Source: Mangrovibacterium sp.
Lineage (GTDB): Bacteria > Bacteroidota > Bacteroidia > Bacteroidales > Prolixibacteraceae
Assembly: GCA_050178015.1 (NCBI GenBank)
Contig: JBFXGM010000012.1
Location: 31,967-95,966 of the forward strand
Length of the DNA: 64,000 nucleotides
Direction of reading: 5' to 3'
Below, piece after piece: positions 54,040 through 61,284 of this stretch. Below the pieces are notes generated by a model. It was not told the origin of the DNA and did not search any database. It was given only the letters and a program-made list of their open reading frames with translations. The position numbers and the translations under genes were made by a program. Each line of letters opens with the position of its first letter. The first letter of the stretch is position 1.

Positions 54040-56064
54040 TTAGTTATAACCATCATTTTGCCAGAATCCTTGTCCTGGTGAAGCACTGAGGTTAGTAACC
54101 GCATCCATTTGGGCTTGTGGAATTGGACGCAACAAATGATAATCTTTCACATTTGCAGCCCCCTGCGCATTGTATGCTTTTACACGACTCACAAGTGTTT
54201 TGGTCCGTTTCAGGTCGAACCAGCGCTGCTGTTCGCCGCAAAGTTCAATGGCGCGTTCTTCCAGAATGGTTTCCAAAGTTGCTACGCCGCTGAGGGAATT
54301 ATCCATTCCCGGCTTGGCACGTTCCTGACGCAATTCGTTAATAGTTGCCATCGCTGCTGCTCCACTTTCGGTATTCAACTGACATTCAGCTTCAATCAGG
54401 TACATTTCGGCCAAACGAATAACAATTGCATCGCGCGGCGAAATATCATGCGTTGGATAGGCCGGATCGTACACATTGTTCAAGAATTTTTTGATACCCG
54501 GGTAGGAGCACCATCCGCCAATTTTATATGTATTGAAACGATCGTCGCCATATACATCAGATACTGGTTTGGCAGCTTCGGTTGGCAAGGCTTTGGACAG
54601 ATCTGTCGATGTATAAATTGGCACATCACCACCTGTCATAAACTGAATGCGGTACCTGTCTTTTGCCCAAGCCTGCATAGCCTGACCTTCGGGCGAATTT
54701 CCATCCAAACCACAATAATAAATCGCCGTATCGGCAATCATTGGGTATTTTTTAGCGCTTCCTTCCAATCCGGGAGCAATAGTATAAGCATCCAGCAAAG
54801 TAGCTTCGGTACGTTGATCTGTTGCCCGATGTTGCTCCAACAACTGCCACAAGTACATAGAAGGCAAATAGCGGGTAAAACCACGGCTGTAGGGCGAATA
54901 TTTTTCTGCCACGTAAACCTTCTCTCCGGTTTTGGTATTGGTAATGTACTGGGTACTTTCAGAAGACAAAGCGCGAACGAAAATTTCCTTACCGTTACCA
55001 CCCAAATCAGAAGCACCGTTGTTCCATAATCCAACGAACTGGAGCAACATGGCGCTTCCGCCGCGACTATAACCGGTACGGGTTATCAGAGAGTTATAAT
55101 CCAACTTAGTACCAGACTTATTTGTTTTGTAACGGCGAGGGATACAATTTACCGGTGAAGCAATATCCGATGAATAGGTTACACCAAAAATAGCTTCCTG
55201 ATTATCCGCATAGTTCTCATTATTCATCGACCAAACATCTTCATAGTTTGAATAGAAAGATGCAATACCACTACCGATCACAGCTTGTGCTTCAGTTTGG
55301 GCCAGCGAGTACAGATTTTTACCGGAATAGGCCGAATTGGTTGAAATACTGGATTCTCCCAACCAGGATGCAGCATAAAGAAGAACGCGGGCTTTGAAAG
55401 CACGGGCAGCCCAGTAATTGGCGCGTCCGTCAGCCTTGGTTGTATAACCGGCATCTTCAAACGCCTTAATCGACAAGTCCAGGTCGGCTAAAATATTGCT
55501 GTACACTTCTTCTTCAGGCATACGCCCCGGTTCGGTGGTGATCGAAGTTACCGGTTCACTGTTGTAAGGAATCGGTCCCCAGATGTTCACCATATGAAAA
55601 TAGTAGAACGCCCGCAAAAAATAAGCCTCTCCCATGTACTGGGTTTTAACAGTCTCATTGATTGCCGTATTTTCCGGGATGTATTTCAGGGCATTGTTAC
55701 ACACATCCGTGGCGGCATAAAACATTTCCCAATAGTGGTCCAAACTGGCATTATCGCTGGTGTTATTGTCCAAACTAACCGGAGTGATGTTATAAGAAGT
55801 CAACGACTTTTGCTTATTGTCGTAACCATAATAAAACAAGTCTGTTCCCATTTCAGACAAGCCCAAGCCAGCTTCCTTTCCATACCAACCACGGGCAAAT
55901 GAGTAACATGAAGCAACCAATCCTTCAATCCCGGTTTTGGATGAATAAGTCAGGTCGGCAGTTTCACCGGTTTTATTGTCTTCTTCCAGAAAGTCCTGAC
56001 AGGAAGTAAAACTTCCCAAAAGTGCCGTTCCTGCTAAAAGGTATATAAATAATTTCTTTTTCAT
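54040..56064 (-). CDS. susD: SusD/RagB family lipoprotein, long form (cassette 3)
   Basis: Lipobox FTS-C; GEAYFLRAFYYF, IRLAEMYLIEAEC, ERAIELCGEQQRWFDLKRT. Confidence 0.92.
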   Translation of the reverse strand: MKKKLFIYLLAGTALLGSFTSCQDFLEEDNKTGETADLTYSSKTGIEGLVASCYSFARGWYGKEAGLGLSEMGTDLFYYGYDNKQKSLTSYNITPVSLDNNTSDNASLDHYWEMFYAATDVCNNALKYIPENTAINETVKTQYMGEAYFLRAFYYFHMVNIWGPIPYNSEPVTSITTEPGRMPEEEVYSNILADLDLSIKAFEDAGYTTKADGRANYWAARAFKARVLLYAASWLGESSISTNSAYSGKNLYSLAQTEAQAVIGSGIASFYSNYEDVWSMNNENYADNQEAIFGVTYSSDIASPVNCIPRRYKTNKSGTKLDYNSLITRTGYSRGGSAMLLQFVGLWNNGASDLGGNGKEIFVRALSSESTQYITNTKTGEKVYVAEKYSPYSRGFTRYLPSMYLWQLLEQHRATDQRTEATLLDAYTIAPGLEGSAKKYPMIADTAIYYCGLDGNSPEGQAMQAWAKDRYRIQFMTGGDVPIYTSTDLSKALPTEAAKPVSDVYGDDRFNTYKIGGWCSYPGIKKFLNNVYDPAYPTHDISPRDAIVIRLAEMYLIEAECQLNTESGAAAMATINELRQERAKPGMDNSLSGVATLETILEERAIELCGEQQRWFDLKRTKTLVSRVKAYNAQGAANVKDYHLLRPIPQAQMDAVTNLSASPGQGFWQNDGYN

Positions 56065-56085
56065 TTGAATATGCATTTTGTTAGG

Positions 56086-59000
56086 TTAAAATTCAATATT
56101 AGCTCCAAACACTACTTGTTTCGCTAACGGGAAGCTGACTGAACCACCACGTTCCGGGTCGTAATTATCAATACTACTGAATGTCAGGAAGTTCTTCAAT
56201 GAACCATAAACTTTCACCGATCCCAAACCAACCTGACCGATTAAGCTTTTTGGAAGATTATAGGCCAGAGTGATATCCTTTACTTTCACATAGTTAGCTT
56301 TCTCATAGCGCAAAGCGCCGCCGTAATTGGTATGAGGTGTACTCACTGAACCCGGGTTCGGAAATTTTCCGCCTGGATTGTTCACGGTCCAGTAATCCAA
56401 ATCAGCCCAGTTGGCCGATTCAAAGTTCAGCTGGGTGTTCAAGTCATAAGCAATATAACCACCTGTGCGGGCAAAAAGCAGAACGGATAATGAAAAATCT
56501 TTGTAACTGATGGAGTTGTTCATACCCAAAATATGCTTTGGACTCCGGTTATAAACAATTTTATCTTCATCATCAATGGCCCCGTCATCATTCTGATCAA
56601 CCACCTTAATGGTTCCGGGGGTACCATAGCTCGAAATATAATTGGCAGTTTCTCCCGGGTGACGGGCTTCCCATGCGGCTTTATACTCGGCAAATTCACC
56701 TACATTCCAGTTGCCATCGGCTTTGTAGTCGTAAAATGCGCTTACCGGTTCACCCACGATGTAGGCAATATTTCCGTTGATGTCTTTATCAACACCTTCG
56801 TATAGTTTGTCCACTTCATCTTTAAAGGTCGCATAAGACCAGTTGATATCCCATTTAAAATCGTTTGACCGGGCAACAGAAGTATTTAAAGCAATTTCCA
56901 ACCCCTGGCCTTTTGTTTCACCAATATTGGCGATAACAGTCGGGAACACGGAAGAAGCCGGGGCCGAACGATAGAGCAACAAATCAGACGTGTTACTGAT
57001 GAAGTAATCAATGCTACCAGAAACACGGTTCTCCCAGATTCCAAAATCCAAACCGATGTTTATGGCGTTGGTTGTTTCCCATTTCAATTCCTTATTTCCC
57101 AACTGATCGGGTATATTACCGGCAATATCCTTTGCTCCCAGATAATAATATACCGGGTACGAACTCAATACTTGCAGGGTTTGGTATGGGTCAACAGCAG
57201 CATTACCCGAGATCCCCCAACTGGTGCGCAATTTCAAATTATCCAGCCAATTTACATCCATCAGGAAAGGTTCTTCGCTCATACGCCAGGCTACAGCGGT
57301 TGACGGGAAGTACCCCCATTTATTACCTTCGGCCAGGGTAGAGGAACCGTCGGCACGAACCGAAGCCGTCAACAAATATTTATCCTTGAATTTGTAGTTT
57401 ACACGGCTGAAATACGACATGATCGCCTGCTTCACAAAGCTGGTCCTGGTGGTGGCCGTACTTATTTTCGACAAATCGTAGAAGGCGCTTGTGTAGTAAT
57501 GTTCAGCGCCAGCATCGCCATACGTGGAGGTATTTTCACTAACACTCTGGTTCATACTGTGCCCTAACAGCAAAGTCACTCCATGATCTGTTCCACCAAA
57601 ATCGGTGTTGTACGTGAGCGTGTTCTCCCAGGTATATTTTGTGTAAGCATTCCAGGTAGAAGAGATATACGTTGTTCCCGGAGATTGATGGCGGGCAACA
57701 CTCTTAAAGTCCTGATACAGACCGTCACGGGCATTGGAACGGTCAACGGCGAAGGTTGACTTCAACACCATGTCTTTCAATGGTTTTACTTCCAGATAAC
57801 CGTTGGCAAATACACGGGTTGTTTCGATGTTTCGCTGATAATTGCCTGGCAATTCATCCATCAAGGGGTTCACGTGTGCAGCATAACGCGGGTTCGGGTT
57901 CTCGTTAATCGTACCATCCGAAAGGTAGGGATGCGTGATGGAGGTCATTTTCAGCGATTGACCGAAAACACTGGAATTGCGGGAGTCATGGCTTTTATAG
58001 GTCAACAACGCATTCATCCCCACTTTGACGTGGTCGCTTATAACATGGTCCACTACGGTTTTCACGTTGTAACGATCCAGGGCGTCATCTTTCATTAAGC
58101 CTTCTTCGAACATGGTCCCCAGCGAAAGGTTAAAGTTTGTTTTCTCGCTACCACCCGAAACGGCCAGCTCATAGTTCTGGGTTAACCCGCTTTGCAGGAT
58201 GATATCCAGCCAGTCTGTATAAGAACCATTGTTGTAAATTTCAAGTTCGGTTGTTCCGTCATCGAGGCTTTCAGTCAGGATATCATTGATGGTCAGATTA
58301 CTTCCACCCCAGTTCCCCGAAGCCACATCAGCCTGATAATTAGCCTTGTCAATCAATCGCTGAACCTCTTTTTTGCCGTACATTACCTTGGGAACATTGG
58401 TTGGCGAGTTTGATGAAACAAACGTATTCAGGTTAATTTTCGTTTTACCAGCTTTACCGCGTTTGGTGGTAATGATGATAACACCGTTAGCACCTTTTGT
58501 ACCGTAAATAGCAGTAGAAGAGGCATCTTTCAGCACATCCATCGATTCGATATCCGATGGGTTGATGTCCAGGGTTGAGCCGTATTCGATACCATCCACC
58601 AGGATGAGCGGGCTGTTTGAAGCAGAAATAGAACGGTTGCCACGCAACGTGATGCTCAGCCCGGCGCCAGCCTGACCACTACTCTGCTGAATATCCAAAC
58701 CCGGAACCTGTGCCTGCATGGCCTGCATGGCATTACTGGAGGAAGTACGGGCAATATCTTCGGCTTTCACCGAAGCAACCGAACCGGTTAAATCCTTTTT
58801 CTTGACAACACCATAACCAACTGCAACAACCTCCTCAATACCAATGGTTTCTTCTTCCAGATAAACCGAAATGTTGGTTTTACCGGCTACAGGAACTTCC
58901 TGAGATTGCATCCCCACAAACGAGAATACCAATACACCATCAGCCGGAATGTTGGACAAGGAGTAATTTCCGTCGAAATCGGTGATAGTCCCGTTGGTGG

Positions 59001-59472
59001 TCCCTTTCAAAACCACAGTAACACCGGGAAGCGGGGCACCGGCCGCGTCTGTCACCTTTCCGGTAACAGTTTGTGGCTGAGAAGCCATCATCACATTTTC
59101 AACAGCCTGTTGTTTGTGGATGATGATCAACTTGTTATTGATCGTATAGGTTAAACCAGTTCCGTCCATCAAAAAGTTCAGAACTTCTTCAACCGTCTGG
59201 TCTTGCAGGTTGATGTTCATCACTTTCGACAAATCCACTTCTTGTGCATTGTAAAAGAAGGAAAATTCGGACTGGTCTTCAATGCGGCCCAGCACCTGTT
59301 CGATCGACAGGTTTTGACCGATGAGGCTCAATTTCGTGTTTTGCGAATAGGTTGAAGCTGATACTTGCATCAGCGCCACCAACATAAACAAACAGATAAG
59401 TTTCATAATTCGAATGATTTTGGGAAGACGGAGCCGTCGGGCATAATCCTCCTCATTACTCTTTTTTTTCAT
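56086..59472 (-). CDS. susC: SusC/RagA TonB-dependent transporter with STN domain (cassette 3)
   Basis: STN, plug SPLILVDG, KDASSTAIYGTKGANGVI, C-terminal F; start set at MKKK. Confidence 0.95.
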   Translation of the reverse strand: MKKKSNEEDYARRLRLPKIIRIMKLICLFMLVALMQVSASTYSQNTKLSLIGQNLSIEQVLGRIEDQSEFSFFYNAQEVDLSKVMNINLQDQTVEEVLNFLMDGTGLTYTINNKLIIIHKQQAVENVMMASQPQTVTGKVTDAAGAPLPGVTVVLKGTTNGTITDFDGNYSLSNIPADGVLVFSFVGMQSQEVPVAGKTNISVYLEEETIGIEEVVAVGYGVVKKKDLTGSVASVKAEDIARTSSSNAMQAMQAQVPGLDIQQSSGQAGAGLSITLRGNRSISASNSPLILVDGIEYGSTLDINPSDIESMDVLKDASSTAIYGTKGANGVIIITTKRGKAGKTKINLNTFVSSNSPTNVPKVMYGKKEVQRLIDKANYQADVASGNWGGSNLTINDILTESLDDGTTELEIYNNGSYTDWLDIILQSGLTQNYELAVSGGSEKTNFNLSLGTMFEEGLMKDDALDRYNVKTVVDHVISDHVKVGMNALLTYKSHDSRNSSVFGQSLKMTSITHPYLSDGTINENPNPRYAAHVNPLMDELPGNYQRNIETTRVFANGYLEVKPLKDMVLKSTFAVDRSNARDGLYQDFKSVARHQSPGTTYISSTWNAYTKYTWENTLTYNTDFGGTDHGVTLLLGHSMNQSVSENTSTYGDAGAEHYYTSAFYDLSKISTATTRTSFVKQAIMSYFSRVNYKFKDKYLLTASVRADGSSTLAEGNKWGYFPSTAVAWRMSEEPFLMDVNWLDNLKLRTSWGISGNAAVDPYQTLQVLSSYPVYYYLGAKDIAGNIPDQLGNKELKWETTNAINIGLDFGIWENRVSGSIDYFISNTSDLLLYRSAPASSVFPTVIANIGETKGQGLEIALNTSVARSNDFKWDINWSYATFKDEVDKLYEGVDKDINGNIAYIVGEPVSAFYDYKADGNWNVGEFAEYKAAWEARHPGETANYISSYGTPGTIKVVDQNDDGAIDDEDKIVYNRSPKHILGMNNSISYKDFSLSVLLFARTGGYIAYDLNTQLNFESANWADLDYWTVNNPGGKFPNPGSVSTPHTNYGGALRYEKANYVKVKDITLAYNLPKSLIGQVGLGSVKVYGSLKNFLTFSSIDNYDPERGGSVSFPLAKQVVFGANIEF

Positions 59473-59556
59473 AGATTTGTACTGTTTAGACAATTAATAA
59501 ATGATTGTTTTTCGTTTAAGGCGGGATGTTGTGGCGACAACCCGCCTTTCTTTTTA
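59472..59556 (+). ncRNA. Putative antisense sRNA unit 3 (DonS-like)
   Basis: TAGATTTG at 59472-59479 overlaps the susC ATG; hairpin AAGGCGGG..TTGT / ACAA-CCCGCCTT (59518-59548) then a T-rich tail overlapping the fecR stop. Confidence 0.65.
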
Positions 59557-60540
59557 CGACATAGGCTTATACTTTAGTTCAAATTTTCTGAAGTTAATTT
59601 TCTTATAATCAATTGGACTGGTGAGTTTCAAGGCATCCAGTACTTGCCAGATGGTTTCCTGGTTCCTGAAACTTCCGGTATATTTCATACCCGTAAATTC
59701 ATTCCCGTTATATTCGATTTTCACGTCGTACCAGCGTTCGAGCCGCCGAACTAAATCGGGAAAAGGAATTTCCTTAAAGACAAAATTGTTATTAACCCAT
59801 GCCAGTTCGGTGCCCACCTCTGCCTTCTCCAATATAGGAGACATCGTTTGCTGATCAAAGCTAATTTTCTCGCCAGGCTGAAGCAAAACGGGCTGCTGGT
59901 TTTGGGCCAGCAAACGGATTCGCCCCTCAGCCAGGGTCGCGCTGATCTTTTGGTCGTCGGCATAGCTGCTGACATTGAATTTCGTACCGGTAACCAACAC
60001 ATCGAATTTTTCAGTCTTCACGGTGAACGGATGGCTTTCGTCGGATTTCACTTCGAAATAACCTTCACCCGACAGGGAAACTGTCCGGTTTCGGGCTGAA
60101 AAGTCGTTAGCAAGTTCGAGGCGACTGTCGGAGTTCAGGTGGACATGGGTGCCGTCGGCCAGGATAAGTTGTGAACGGGAGCCCATAGGCACATAAAACG
60201 CTTCGACCTGACTGATCAGTACCGGGGTATCGAAACGCAATAAGTTACCAATCAGTAAGCCAACCAGCAATACTGCAGCAACCGCAACTCCCGATAGCCA
60301 CGAGGGCAGGGTGCGACGTTTGGCTTGGGCTGCCTGTCGTTTGTAAAAATGAAGAAGTTGTTCGGTTTCGGTAAAGGATACAGGCTTGGCGGCATCCCAA
60401 ACATCTTTCAGCTCGATAAACCATTTTTTATTTTCGCTGTAAGATTGAATCCATGACAGCAATTCCTCAGCATCGCTCTCCGAAAGTTCCCCGTTCAGAT
60501 ATCGGGCAATCAGACGTTCTTTTTCCTCTGTTGTGCTCAT
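59554..60540 (-). CDS. FecR family anti-sigma factor (cassette 3)
   Basis: LILADGTHVHLN, LSGEGYFEV, VTGTKFNV, LERWYDV. Confidence 0.92.
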   Translation of the reverse strand: MSTTEEKERLIARYLNGELSESDAEELLSWIQSYSENKKWFIELKDVWDAAKPVSFTETEQLLHFYKRQAAQAKRRTLPSWLSGVAVAAVLLVGLLIGNLLRFDTPVLISQVEAFYVPMGSRSQLILADGTHVHLNSDSRLELANDFSARNRTVSLSGEGYFEVKSDESHPFTVKTEKFDVLVTGTKFNVSSYADDQKISATLAEGRIRLLAQNQQPVLLQPGEKISFDQQTMSPILEKAEVGTELAWVNNNFVFKEIPFPDLVRRLERWYDVKIEYNGNEFTGMKYTGSFRNQETIWQVLDALKLTSPIDYKKINFRKFELKYKPMS

Positions 60541-60561
60541 CTGCAGTTTTTAAGCTTACAA

Positions 60562-60592
60562 ATACAACACAACTCAGTTTTAAAAACTACGT
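60562..60592 (-). promoter_or_regulatory. Putative ECF-sigma promoter upstream of fecR3
   Basis: CGTAG-N18-GTTGTAT on the minus strand. Confidence 0.35.
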
Positions 60593-60612
60593 CAAAAAAA
60601 ACATAAAAAATT

Positions 60613-61158
60613 CTACCGATTTTTCATCCAACACAAATTCAGCAAGATATGAAGCATTTTTTTGGAAAGTTTTTCCTTCAATTCGTTCAATGCCCGAAAA
60701 AGACGAGTTTCAACCGTTCGTACCGGGATATTGAGCCGATCGGCAATTTCCTTGTTCCTCAGGCCTTCCAAACGACTAAGCTCAATCACCTCGCGGTGGA
60801 CTGGTGATAACGAGTTGATTTCCTGAAATATTCGCTCCATACTTTCCTTCTCAATCAGCGATTTTTCGCCACTCTGATAATGCATAATCTCCAACCGTGA
60901 CAACTCAAACAGCTGATGATTTTGGTGGTCGTGAACCACCTTCTCATGTTTCAGGTAATTTAGGCAGGCATTTCGTACCGAGGCGAACAGGTAGGCTTTC
61001 AAATGTTCATCATCCAGGTGCAACTTTTTTCTCTCCCAAACCAAGGCGAATACATCCTGGACCAAGTCGAGGGCTACCGTTTCGGAAACCACAAATTTCT
61101 GGGCATACAACACCAACGGATGATGGTATTTTCGGAATACGTGATCAAAATCGGACAT
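60613..61158 (-). CDS. ECF RNA polymerase sigma-70 factor (cassette 3)
   Basis: DLVQDVFALVWE, SVRNACLNYLKH, NKEIADRLNIPVRTVE. Confidence 0.92.
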   Translation of the reverse strand: MSDFDHVFRKYHHPLVLYAQKFVVSETVALDLVQDVFALVWERKKLHLDDEHLKAYLFASVRNACLNYLKHEKVVHDHQNHQLFELSRLEIMHYQSGEKSLIEKESMERIFQEINSLSPVHREVIELSRLEGLRNKEIADRLNIPVRTVETRLFRALNELKEKLSKKMLHILLNLCWMKNR

Positions 61159-61231
61159 GCAGGTGGCTTTTCGCGCTGCAAAGTACCAAAATTCATTTAA
61201 ATCCGAAATGCGAAATCGAGCCTTTTGAACA

Positions 61232-61268
61232 AAAAAATCCCGGAAGTCGACTGCTCCCGGGATTTTTT
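61232..61268. terminator. Bidirectional terminator after the GH3 gene
   Basis: AAAAAATCCCGG / CCGGGATTTTTT 12-bp inverted repeat. Confidence 0.75.
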
Positions 61269-61284
61269 ACAGTAAATGTTTTCA

